Shown piece after piece: positions 11,401 to 20,600 of a stretch of DNA of 64,000 nucleotides (positions within the stretch are counted from its first letter, which is position 1; each line of letters opens with the position of its first letter). A program made the position numbers and the translations under genes. Under the pieces are notes generated by a model. That model worked only from the letters and a program-made list of their open reading frames with translations, searched no databases and had not been told where the DNA came from. The DNA comes from a virus. The stretch lies in the IMG/VR virus record IMGVR_UViG_3300027804_002057; one strand, given 5' to 3'.

Positions 11401-13686
11401 TCCATTTGCTGCTCCACTAAATAAATAAGCAGATGCCCCACTATTAGTTACATTAAATACAGTTTGTATAGATTCACTTGGTAAGTATGTAGCTGATGCT
11501 GATATAATCATACTACCAGTGAATGTAGAGAATGTATTTACTCTAAATCCTTCATTTGGTCTAATAGATGCCGTTACAGAACCACTACCAATTTTTGAAA
11601 GGTCTAAATCAGGAATAGCATCAATAGGAATTTCTCTTAATAATTTACCACTACCAGAGAAAGAACCAGTAAATAATTCTATATTTCCACTTACAAATAA
11701 TGAACCAGTAAATTGAGAACCACTATTTGGAGAATATACAACAAATCCCTTTTCAAGACTAACCGAAGCACTTACTGAAGCAGTTACACTTCCAGTTGCC
11801 ATTAAAGTAACTTTAAGGGCATCAACAGCTAAAGCAGATAATGGTACGTTTCTTAAATATGTACCATCCGCAAATAAGAATGATGATGATTCTATATAAA
11901 CACTACCACTAAATTTAGAACCACTTTGAACAGAAGTTACAACAAATCCTTCATTTGGTGCTACTGAAGCTGTTACACTACCACTAGCTATAAATGTAGA
12001 AAGTAATGCATCAGGTGCTAGTGCTGAACGAGGTATATCAAATAATCCTTTACCACTACCAGAGAAAACACCAGAACCGCTTGGTATGAATATACTACCA
12101 CTAACATCCACACTTCCGGTAAATTCAGAACCACTATTTAATGATTCCACTCTAAATCCATAAACAGGAGAAACGGATGCAGTTACCGAACCAGATTCAA
12201 TTCTTGGTGCGGCTGCTGCTTGTACATTTGTAAGTTGAGAACCATCTCCAATAAAAGTAAATGCTCTAACACTACCGCTTACATCAACACTTCCAGTAAA
12301 TTGAGAACCAAATGCAGAACTCGTAAATGGAGTTTGTACTCTAAATCCAAAATTAGGAGAAACAGATGCGGTTACACTACCACTTTTAATTTCAGCAGAA
12401 ATAAGAGCATCTTCAGTAAGAGCCGTTCTAGGAATATTTCTAAGATTAGTACCATCACCATAATATGTAGAACCAGATGCTAATCGTATTGAACCACTAT
12501 TAGGATTTACAAATAAACTACCCGTAATAGAAACACTTCCAGTAAATTGTGAACCGCTTGTAGTTGATGTTACTACAAATCCTTGATTTGGTGAAACAGA
12601 TGCTGTCACACTACCACTAGCAATTAATGGAGAAAGTAATGCATCAGGTGCTAATGCCGAACGTGGAATATTAAATAATTTTTCACCACTACCAGAGAAT
12701 GAACCACTATAAATTCCAATTATAGCTCCACTAACAATTAATGAACCTGTAAATTGAGAACCGCTTGCTAAAGATTCAACTCTAAATCCAAAATCAGGAG
12801 ATGTTGATGCCGTTACCGAACCACTACCAATTAAACTAGCAACTTCTGCATCCGGTGTTAAAGCTGAACGAGGAATATTTCTAAGATATGTACCCTCACC
12901 ATAATAAACCGATGATGATTCTAAAATTAATGCACCAGAAGTAGCTGTTATAACTAAACTTCCACTTAGGTAAATACTACCAGTAAATTGTGAACCACTT
13001 TCAGATGATATTACTTTAAATCCATCACCAGGACTTACAGATGCTGTTACCGAACCAGTTGCTATTTTTACAGCTTGCGGTAAATTAAATAAATTTGCAC
13101 CATCTCCAAAGAATGAACCAGTAAATGAACCAGTAAATGATGAACCGCTAATATTATTACCTATAAATTCACTTTGTACTCTTACTGAACCCGTAAATTG
13201 TTGTATATCAGAATCATCATTTCCAAAAATATTTGAACCCGATGAATAAATTATTGAAGAAGATACAATATTAACAATAATTTGGTCAGCATAGATTGAT
13301 TCATCAACTACCAAATTACCATGAATATATGTATTAGTATTTACATCTAAATTTCCTTCTACAAAAGATGCGGTTGCAGAACCACTAGCTATTTTAGTTG
13401 CTGATGGTAAATTAAATAATTCAGAACCATCTCCAGTAAAAGAACCTGTAAATGAGCCAGTAAATCTACCAGAAGCTCTATCTAAATCTAAACTACGAAC
13501 AAATCCTCTATTACCCTGGTCATCAGAAACTACGATAGCAGGAGAACCAGAAAGTGAAGCGCTAAAGTTTGGTACACCCAAATTAGGTTCAACTTGAGAT
13601 AAATCAATAAATTGATACCTGTCCTGCGTTACATTTTTTGGGTTTACAACCCTTACCCTTCCTGTTAATAGATTACTAATTGCCAT
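2494..13686 (-). CDS. Giant fibre protein (3730 aa): about 65-aa SGSVTAS repeats, two cupredoxin-like inserts, a long Gly-X-Y Ser/Thr region and a C-terminal tip-adaptor domain
   Basis: Repeats GDGxxLxNIPRSAL...IxSGSVTASVSPxxGF...GSxFTGS; GTS/GSS triplets; C-terminal TIDLSLGNNF...LTWP...DVLTFFTFDGGTTYYG. Confidence 0.85.
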   Translation of the reverse strand: MAISNLLTGRVRVVNPKNVTQDRYQFIDLSQVEPNLGVPNFSASLSGSPAIVVSDDQGNRGFVRSLDLDRASGRFTGSFTGSFTGDGSELFNLPSATKIASGSATASFVEGNLDVNTNTYIHGNLVVDESIYADQIIVNIVSSSIIYSSGSNIFGNDDSDIQQFTGSVRVQSEFIGNNISGSSFTGSFTGSFFGDGANLFNLPQAVKIATGSVTASVSPGDGFKVISSESGSQFTGSIYLSGSLVITATSGALILESSSVYYGEGTYLRNIPRSALTPDAEVASLIGSGSVTASTSPDFGFRVESLASGSQFTGSLIVSGAIIGIYSGSFSGSGEKLFNIPRSALAPDALLSPLIASGSVTASVSPNQGFVVTSTTSGSQFTGSVSITGSLFVNPNSGSIRLASGSTYYGDGTNLRNIPRTALTEDALISAEIKSGSVTASVSPNFGFRVQTPFTSSAFGSQFTGSVDVSGSVRAFTFIGDGSQLTNVQAAAAPRIESGSVTASVSPVYGFRVESLNSGSEFTGSVDVSGSIFIPSGSGVFSGSGKGLFDIPRSALAPDALLSTFIASGSVTASVAPNEGFVVTSVQSGSKFSGSVYIESSSFLFADGTYLRNVPLSALAVDALKVTLMATGSVTASVSASVSLEKGFVVYSPNSGSQFTGSLFVSGNIELFTGSFSGSGKLLREIPIDAIPDLDLSKIGSGSVTASIRPNEGFRVNTFSTFTGSMIISASATYLPSESIQTVFNVTNSGASAYLFSGAANGLNPTLTLVRGITYTFNVNATGHPFWIKTAQTTGTGNAYNTGVTNNGDDVGVITFTPEVGSPSTLYYICQVHSIMAGTINIVDAILQRGPDVVISGSLFVSDRIVAREVTASISASFIQGDGSGLFNIPRSAFTGDSFRISSGSVTASVSPVYGFRVESAEKGSEISGSVSISGSLTAQNITAVSMSGYEISGSFVGDGSRLTNIFIPPLETTKIASGSVTASALPDKGFIVQSGELGTQLTGSLFISGARGIELTSGSSYSGSGERLFNIPRTALAPDALDTNRILSGSVTASVSPTFGFRVESTEKGSQFTGSLFLSGSVFLRTGSFSGSGRQLFDIPVAAISDLDTSKIFSGSVTASVSPNFGFVVTSVASGSTFSGSLSVSGFTRFQSGVSASVFSGSGAGLTDIPFSALSQELFRIASGSVTASALPDRGFIVESPYSGSRISGSVYISGSVIISAISGALMLGSSSAYFGEGTYLRNIPRNALSEDALISTEIKSGSVTASVSPVFGFKVQSLASGSQFTGSVFVSGSKTILSSSLSVDGTSFFNSGVSASVFSGSGAGLVNIPRSAIVEDAVRLASGSVTASISPNYGFVVNTFSTITGSFIVSSSARIINPQDLNRVFDVTNDGSNAYVFSGAASGSNPTITLVRNTEYTFNVNASGHPFWIKDTAVTGLTQQYNSWVTNNGDDVGTITFLVSGSAPNTLYYICQMHSAMQGIINVVDAVSASAQISLLGDVDMSGSLYVNAISGAVYIDSSSFIYAEGQYLRRIPRSALTEDALISTEIKSGSVTASVAPDYGFNVITPFTGSQVGSRFTGSLDITGSVYIDSGSYIFAEGQYLRRIPRSALTEDALISTEIKSGSVTASVAPDYGFKVITPFTSSIDTDFFSTQIGSQFTGSVDISGSLYLNDVSGGLFIGSSSFIYAEGTYLRRIPRSALTEDALISTEIKSGSVTASVSPDYGFNVITPFTGSEIGSRFTGSVSVSGSLTVTDFFYGDGRYITNVQAAAAPFIASGSATASVASGDKLIVTTAYTGSDVGIEFTGSVSVSGSVYAQFFVGDGSQITNVQAAAAPFIASGSATASVASGKQFVVTTSQTGSAYGSLFTGSVDVSGSVRAFAFIGDGSQITNVAAAAAPRIVSGSVTASVAPNEGFIVTSYSSGSTFYGDVKLYTGSFSGSGANLFDIPASALQDLQLDRIQSGSATTIQRPEILDVSTEITAARYSGDGGGLFNIPANALQDLKLDRIQSGSAQAVISPDKGLEVNTSLRIFSGSATISGSVFVSGGNVILQSGSTYVGDGSGLYNINIANLSFETFILKSGSITASISPDKGFVVNTSSFIWGDFYNVSNTAYLNKVTASQYVFAPFFTGSFLGTYNFQGVGPTASAEYDILRFDESRGYFVPQPETSLTETVSFNNVSDLTIVHNLGIRYPMVQVYATGSEDQILPGTVKSIDEDTIQIKFAGLTSGHVVIGSGGSLINGTITGDRVFGEVLSSSYARRAGIADAVTGFDSASLVALSASLANANAYVRNDQTSSMNVFGAVSSSYALTASYVASLQGLELTDYVKNSATASMTVLSASYARTASYALYAANAANVDVSNFVLSSATSSMLVGTASLAYTASYALYALNAEGVNTASFLQVNKDSSINANLTISGSLGVSGSLLLGNLPSGSSEDVVIWNSITKKLERRNIVAAVGSSGTAGTGGSSGTSGSSGSSGSAGSSGSSGTSGSAGSSGSSGTSGSDGSSGSSGSSGSSGSSGSSGSSGSSGSSGSSGSSGTSGTSGTSGTSGSSGSSGSSGSSGSSGTSGTSGTSGTSGTSGSAGTSGTTGSSGTSGSSGTSGSSGTSGSSGTSGTSGTSGTSGTSGTSGTSGSSGSGGSSGTSGTSGTAGSGGSSGTSGTSGTSGTSGSGGTSGTSGSGGSSGTSGTSGSSGTSGTAGTAGSGGTSGTSGTSGTSGSGGTSGSAGSGGSAGSSGSSGSGGTSGTSGTSGTSGSGGSSGTSGTSGSDGISGTSGTSGTSGSSGTSGTSGTTGSSGTSGTSGTSGTSGTSGTSGEDGTSGTSGSSGSSGTTGSSGSSGTSGTSGTSGTDGTSGTSGSSGSSGTSGTSGSSGSSGTSGTDGTSGSSGTSGSSGTSGTTGSSGTSGSSGSSGTSGSDGTSGTAGSSGSSGSAGSSGTTGSSGTTGSDGTSGTSGTSGSDGTSGTSGSSGTSGTDGSEGTSGTTGSSGTSGSSGTSGSDGTSGTSGTSGTSGSSGSTGSSGTSGIDGTSGTSGSDGTSGSSGTSGTSGTQGTSGSDGTSGTSGTSGLDGTYFGSSGTSGTSGTSGSSGTSGTSGTSGTSGLDGTFFGSSGTSGTSGTSGSTGTAGTSGSSGTNGTGGTSGTSGTSGLDGTYFGSSGTSGSSGTSGTSGTSGSNGTAGTSGSSGTSGLDGTFFGSSGTSGTSGSNGTSGTDGTSGSSGSSGSSGTSGLDGTYFGSSGSSGSSGTSGAGSSGTSGSSGSSGTSGLDGTYFGSSGSSGTSGTSGAGTSGSSGTTGTAGSSGTSGLDGTFFGSSGTSGSSGTNGTSGSSGTSGIAGSNGTSGSSGTSGFDGTYFGSSGTSGSSGTAGSSGTSGTSGTSGSSGSSGFDGTYFGSSGTSGTSGTSGSTGTNGTSGTSGTSGISGTSGFDGTYFGSSGTSGTSGTSGSNGTSGSNGTSGSTGTNGTSGTSGLDGTFFGSSGTSGSSGAPGATGSAGSSGTSGTTPPGFTSGTSGSGGTSGETGTSGTSGTTPPNFTSGTAGTSGETGSSGTSGTTPPGFTSGTSGTAGLTGTSGTSGTTPPNFTSGTSGTNGFSLTGATDNGLLTYQVTPVAAIVESNLTFDGTTMSVTGNVASTTYRETYYDYGTGGSVTIDLSLGNNFRRQFNATSTIAFSNAPASNSFGFTFTMVNAGTYALTWPVNLDWAGGSAPILTSTGIDVLTFFTFDGGTTYYGFVVGKNMS
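2940..6310 (-). repeat. Collagen-like (Gly-Thr/Ser-Ser)n coding repeat, about 1,120 codons
   Basis: 9-bp periodic ACC/TCC-AGA-AGT-type units. Gly at every third residue, apart from periodic interruptions. Confidence 0.95.
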
Positions 13687-13705
13687 TCGTACTTTCCAGC
13701 TTTGT

Positions 13706-13736
13706 TATAAATATTCAAAAAATCACCTATAAATAT
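13706..13736 (-). promoter_or_regulatory. Two tandem putative late promoter motifs (ATATTTATA at 13706-13714 and 13728-13736)
   Basis: About 20 and 42 nt upstream of the ATG of the 3730-aa gene. Confidence 0.6.
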
Positions 13737-13755
13737 TATAGGATGATATATATCG

Positions 13756-14670
13756 TTATTCATTCGCAGATTCTAGTAGTGATAGAACTACTGATAAATC
13801 TGTTGAGCCGGAAACTATGAATCCATAACCTTCTTCCAACACCAATTTACCAGAAACAACCGGTGAAAGTGAATCTGCTGGCGGTATTGTTACATTTGTT
13901 ACTAATTGAATTGCTTCTTGAGCTGCAAAGTTTGGCGTTTCTATTGTAGATTTTATTACATTCAATAATCCATCGATTACATACATAGATTGTGAAACTT
14001 CTTGTATGCTTGAACTAAATGAAGTATTAAATGATTGAGTTGTTGCACTTTGATATAGTCTGGATACAAGTTGAGAACCTGTAATTGAATTATTAGCTAT
14101 AATTTGCTTTGATAAAACAGATATGTAATCTATTGCTTGCAAAGATGCACTATACTCTGTTGAATCTATTAAAGATATTCCATTTTTAGTATAATATGCT
14201 TTTGCTGCTTTATTTGTTCTTATAATTTTATCATTTGATATATCATATGATATAGCATCTACATTATCTAATGTATAATTTTCAAAGAAAGAAGAAATAA
14301 ATGTAAATGGTGTTTCTGATAATGAGTTTTGAAATTGAGTATATGCTGCAACTTCTTTTCTTATAAATTGTCTATTCAAAGAAAGTAATGCAGATGCACT
14401 ATCAAAACTTCCACTGTAATTTGCTAAAGATGTAGAGCCACTAATAAAAGAACTACCACTATACACTGTTTCAAAATTAGGTATAGGTAATTCTCTATTA
14501 GATGTAACTAATATAGTAACAGGTTGTACTACCAAACTATTATTTGTTATTTGTGCGGATAACACAATAGATGATACACCTGTTGGTGTTATATAAATTT
14601 CATCTTGTTCACCAGTCAGATTTGTTACAACTGACTGGAATCGATTTAACGGTACAAAAACTTCTGCCAT
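13756..14670 (-). CDS. Adaptor-type structural protein carrying one inserted degenerate helical repeat of the 4674-aa protein
   Basis: The ends match the 110-aa ORF (IYITP...IVLSAQITN / GKLVLEEG...VVLSLLE). The middle reads LLSLNRQFIRKEVAAY...VDAISYDI...AAKAYY...LQAIDY...VIDGLLNVIKSTI. Confidence 0.7.
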   Translation of the reverse strand: MAEVFVPLNRFQSVVTNLTGEQDEIYITPTGVSSIVLSAQITNNSLVVQPVTILVTSNRELPIPNFETVYSGSSFISGSTSLANYSGSFDSASALLSLNRQFIRKEVAAYTQFQNSLSETPFTFISSFFENYTLDNVDAISYDISNDKIIRTNKAAKAYYTKNGISLIDSTEYSASLQAIDYISVLSKQIIANNSITGSQLVSRLYQSATTQSFNTSFSSSIQEVSQSMYVIDGLLNVIKSTIETPNFAAQEAIQLVTNVTIPPADSLSPVVSGKLVLEEGYGFIVSGSTDLSVVLSLLESANE

Positions 14671-14687
14671 TTTATTTTATTTTCCTT

Positions 14688-17600
14688 TTATATTTGTAGA
14701 GCCAATGAGAACGGAGTTACTAATGAGAATAGAGATTTACTAAATGTTCTACCCACAAGAGTACCAGTTGCCTGATTAATACTTAAACCCGTACCAATTC
14801 TAAAGTCACCATCTTGGTTACCAGAGGTAAAGAAGATTCTACCACCACCCAATTCCGTAATCTCATAAATTGGGTTTGCCACACCACTACCACCCTGATT
14901 TGGTGGAAGTGCTTTAAATGTAACACCACTACCATTATAAGAGTAGTCAATACCAGTTGCCACAATCAATGAACCAAATGATTCTAATGGTGCACCAGCT
15001 GCAACAAACTCTGCTCTTGTTCTTAAATATCTATTAGTTTCCAAAGTCTCTAATTTTTGAGAACTAATTACTGCTTGAGCGCTTCCGTATTGGCCCGTAT
15101 AGTATGAAGATGCTGCTGCTATTGCTCTTTCATTTCCACCATACAATAAATCCGTTGCACAAGCATCTACAATCAATCCAGTATCACGAGAACAAGACGC
15201 CTCATTATATACTAAATATGGGAATGCTCCATTTGTATATCCAATTGCTCTTTGTTTTAATTCTTCTTTAGCTGCTACTAATCTTACTGCTGCTTGTCTT
15301 CTCTTAGTAGATGGTGCTAAATAAGTTAATAAAGTATTTGCAACAACTTTTTCAGAAAGTCCTCTTGCGAAGTTTATACCATCAACAGTTTGTTTTTTCT
15401 GTCCAATTGTACCATTATCAGTATAACTATCGTAAATAGCTACTGAAGGTATTCTATAATAGTAAGAACCTGCTTCAATACTTCTTTCGTTACCACCATA
15501 AACTAAATCAGTTCTAATAGCATCTATGATAAATCCTAAGTCACGAGAACAACTTACTTCATTATACTTTAATGTACTCCAAGAAGAACTTAAGAATGTT
15601 ATAGTTTCTTTTTGAATTAAAGATTTATTGTATTTTAACAAATCAACAGTAGTTACTAACGATGAAGATGGTAATTGGAATGTTGGGTTTGTAATAACTT
15701 TAGTTGCCAATCTACCAGCCCATCTTACACCCGTAATTGTTGGGTCTAATTGTGATGCTTCAGATGGTACACCAGCTACCGTTGCTTTTGATGGGAATGC
15801 AAAGTAATAAGTACCAGCCGTTACACTTCTTTCAGTACCACCATATAGTAAATCAGTTGCTGTCGCATCTATTAAGTAACCAACATCACGAGAACAACTT
15901 GCTTGGTTATAATAAACACCGCTCCAAGAAGAACTTACATATGCTATTGTTTCTGCTGCTATAAATGTTTTATTTTTTCTTAATAAATCAAATGATGCTG
16001 ATACTTGAAGTGATGCAGTTTGGAATACTACATTTTGAATTACTTTTTGTGCAATTCTACTTGCGTAGTTAATACCTTCAACAGTTTGTTTTAATTGACC
16101 TTCACCATCACCATCTCCTAGCAATGTTGCTTTAGATGGATACTTAAAGTAGAAATCAGCACTCATATAAGTTCTTTCATTTCCACCATATAATAGGTCA
16201 GTTGCCACACCATCAATAATATATCCAACATCACGTCTACATTTTTCTTTATTATAATCAAATGTACTCCAACTAGCAGTTAAATATTGTATTGTTTCTT
16301 CTTGTATGAATTGTCTATTGTTTCTAAGTAATTCAACTGAAGCAGAAACTGCTTGAGATGCTGTTGTAAATGTTGTATTTTTAATTATGTTTACAGCTAC
16401 ATCTTTTGCGAAATTAACTGCGTTTATAGTTTGTTCTACTTGCGAACCAGTTGCTTTAGATGGATATGTATAATAGTAAGTACCAGCTTTAGTACTTCTT
16501 TCGTTACCACCATAAAGAACATCAGTTGCTACAGCGTCTATAATCAATCCAACATCTCTCTTACACTTGTCTAAACTATATGTAAATTCATTCCAAGAAG
16601 AAGTAATATAAGAAAGAACTTCTGCTTGTATAAATCCTTTGTTTTGCTTCATTAAAGCATGTGATGCTGAAGCGTGTGCTGAAGCCGTTACAAATTGTGT
16701 ATTTACAATTAATTTTTGTGCCAATTGTCCAGCATATCTAATACCATCTAATGTTTCATCTAATTGTGAACCAGTTGCTGATGATGGGTATAAGAAGTAA
16801 TATCTTCCAGCTTCTCTAACTCTTTCGTTACCACCATAATATACATCAGTTGCTACCGCATCTAAGATGTATCCCAAATCTCTTTCACACTTAGATTGGC
16901 TGTATAAGAATGGTGTATCGGTATTTGAGCCCGTTACCCAAGAAGAGCTTAAATATGCTATTGTTTCTTTTTGTATAAATGATTTGTTTTGATTCAATAA
17001 TGTCCAAGCAGTTGTTCTTTCTAAAGATGCAGTTTGATATTGGATATTTTGAAGAACTTTTTGTGCCATTCTACTTGCGAAGAATATACCATCTAAAGTA
17101 AAGTTTAATTGAGATGTAGTTGCTTGAGATGCTGATTCAAAGTAGAACTTACCATTTACGATAGATGCCGAATCAACACCAAATAACATATCTTCCGCTG
17201 CTCCACTTATAATCAACCCAACATCTCTCTTACACTTAGATTCATCGTAAGAAGCCGTACTCCAAGAAGAACTAATATATGCAATAGTTTCGTTTTGAAT
17301 GAATCCAATGTTTTCTTTCAATAAATTATATGCGTAGTAAACATTTGATGCAGTTGATGGAGTTGAATAATTAACAGGAGTTCCTGCTACCCCAATTCCA
17401 TTTGCTATAATATTAGTTACAATTGAAATAGATGCTGATATTAAAGATGCTTCATAATCAGTACCATAAGATGAACTTAGATATTGATTTGTTGTTGTAA
17501 ATTTAATACTTTGAGATACATTTGATACCAATGATGGTATTACACCAATACCATTTTCAATTATATTAGTTACAACAGCAAATGATGAACTTACTCTATT

Positions 17601-20600
17601 TACTTCATAAGCTGATGCCGAATTTGAAGATGTATATTGAGTTTGTGAAGTTACTTTAATATTATTTGCTGTATTCAATATTGGTTGTGGTTCACTTATG
17701 TAAACACTATTAACAATCGATTGTGCCAATCTTCTAGCATAATCTATTGCTGTTGTTGTTTCATCTAATTGAACTCCAGTTGCTAATGAAGGATATAAAT
17801 AATAGAACTCTCCAGCTTTATTGCTTCTTTCATTTCCACCATATAATAAATCAGTTGCTACCGCATCTACAATATATCCAACATCTCTTTTACATTTAGA
17901 TTCAATATAATCCAATTCAGGATACTTAGCGTTTACAAATGCTAAAGTTTCTTCTTGTATGAATGTTTTATTAGATTTTAATAAATTATAAGCGTATTGA
18001 GTTGCTGCATCGGTTGATGTTAATAATGAACCAGAAACAACTCTCATAGCCAGTCCTTTAGCGTATCTAACACCAGTTAATGTTGGTTCTAATTGAGCCG
18101 AAGTAGCTTGTGAAGGATAATCATAATAATATCTACCAGCTACAATACTTCTTTCGTTTCCACCATATAAAAGGTCAGTTGCTACCGCATCTACGATATA
18201 ACCAATATCTCTACTACAACTTAATTCATTATAATCAAATCCTTGCCAAGAAGAACTAACATATGCAATTGATTCAGATTGTATAAATCCTTTATTTTTA
18301 ATTAAAGATGTATAAGATGCTGATGTAGCTTGTGAATACCAAGCCGATTCCGATATGTGGTACATTAATGTACTCTTTACAGCTTTTTGTGCAATTCCAC
18401 TAGCAAACTTTAACGCTGTTATAGTTTGGTCTAATTGAGTTGTAGTTGCTTGAGATGGATAATCATAGTAGTATTTACCATTTGTCAATGATGCTGAGTT
18501 ACCACCAAATAAAAGGTCAAATGCTGCTCCACTTACAATCAATCCAACATCACGTCTACACTTAGCTTCATCATAATAGAATGAAGACCAAGAAGAACTC
18601 ATATATGCGATTGTTTCATTTACAATTAAATCAGTATTATTGATTAATAAATTGTAAGATGAAGTTATCTTTGTATTTGTATTAGCTACCGCTTGTGGAC
18701 CAACATATGAAATTGAACTTGTTCCACTATTTAGTAAAACATCTATTACAACACCAAATGATGATGAAACTAATTTAGATTGTAAATCTCTATTAACACC
18801 ATCAGTTAATCTAATTTGCTGAGTGTTTGTTACTTTGAAACTTGCGGAAGTATTAAGTATTGGAGTTGGTATTACTGTTGTTCCATTTTCTACAATATTC
18901 AATACATTTCCAAATAGATTAGAAATTCTATTCTTTTGATATTCAGAGCCACTTAATATTGGTAGTATTTGAGTAGCTGATGTTATTTTTACAGATGATG
19001 ATACATTTGTGACAACATTAGGTATTACATTTGTTCCATTTTTTATAATATTAATAACATTTCCAAAAGATGAACTTATTGAGCTAGTTTGTGAATTGTA
19101 ACTTCCACTTCCTAATATTTGCGTATGAGATGAAATATGTAATAAAGTTGGAGTTAATAATTCAAATCCATAATTAAAATTACTAGCTAATGCATCAGGT
19201 AATGAAGCACTACCATTGTAAATAATATCTTTTATCAATTCAAAAGAAGAAGTAGTTATACCGATTTCTACCACACTTGCTGAAATTGATGATGATACTA
19301 TTGGTTCTGATGTTACTTTTATTGCATTTACACCATTTCCTACAAATGTTGGTAATGCGGTCAATCCACTTTCTATTACTTTTGTTACAGTAGAGAAAGA
19401 TGAACTTACTTCTGATATTTTTGTACTTCCAACATTTATTGATGATGTATATTGGTTAATATTTCCTACTTTAATATTATTATCAACATTACTTGTAGTT
19501 GTTGGAGATACTAATTTAATATTTTGAACTATTTTTTTACTTAATGCTTTTACATAATCAACTCCAGCTACAGTTTCTTTTACTTGTTCAGTTTTTGTAG
19601 CTTTTGATGGATAACGGTAATAGTAATCTCCGGCGATAATACTTCTTTGATTACCACCATACCATAAATCAGTTGCAACATTGTTTACAATATATCCAAC
19701 ATCACGTCTACACTTTTCTCTATTGTAAACTAAATATGGATAAAACGCATCTATAAATTGAATAGTTTCATTTTGAATAAATTGTCTATTTGAAACCATT
19801 AATGAATAAGCGGATTGTACATATTCAGTTGGATATGATAATAATTGATTAGATATTACTTTTTGTGAAACTCCTGCTGCAAATGTTATACCATCTAAAG
19901 TAGGTCCTTTTTGTGCATCAGTTGTTGGTGATACGGATGATGTTACAGTTGCTGCTGAAGGATATAGGTAATAGTATTCTCCTGCTTTAGAACTTCTTTC
20001 ATTTCCACCATATACTAAATCAGTTGCTACATTATCAATAATATATGCAACATCTCTACTACAACTTGCTTCGTTAAATTGGAAGTTATTAATCCCAACC
20101 CAAGAAGAACTTAAGAATGCAATAGTTTCTTTTTGAACAAATTGTTTATTTTTATTAAGTAATTCCCAAGCTGTTATTTCAGATATTGTTGGTTTTTGTA
20201 AAAGTATGTTTCTTGCTATTTTTTCAGAAATACCTTTAGCGTATTTAATACCATCTAAAGTTTGTCCTAATTGTCCAGCCGAATCACCATCACCATCCAC
20301 AGTTGCTAATGAAGGATATAAATAATAATATTCACCTGCTCTAGCTGATGATTCGTTACCACTATATAAAATATCCGTTGCTACTGCATCTACAATATAT
20401 CCCACGTCACGTCTACACTTAGCTTCATTGTATTCAAAGAAACTCCATGCTGAATTTAAGAATCCAATAGTTTCAGTTTGGATAAGTTCTTTATTATCAA
20501 CCAATAATTGATATACCGTTTGTCTAGATAATGAACTTGATACAAATACATTATTACTCAATACTTGCTCAAGCATATGTTTAGCGTGCCCAATACCACT

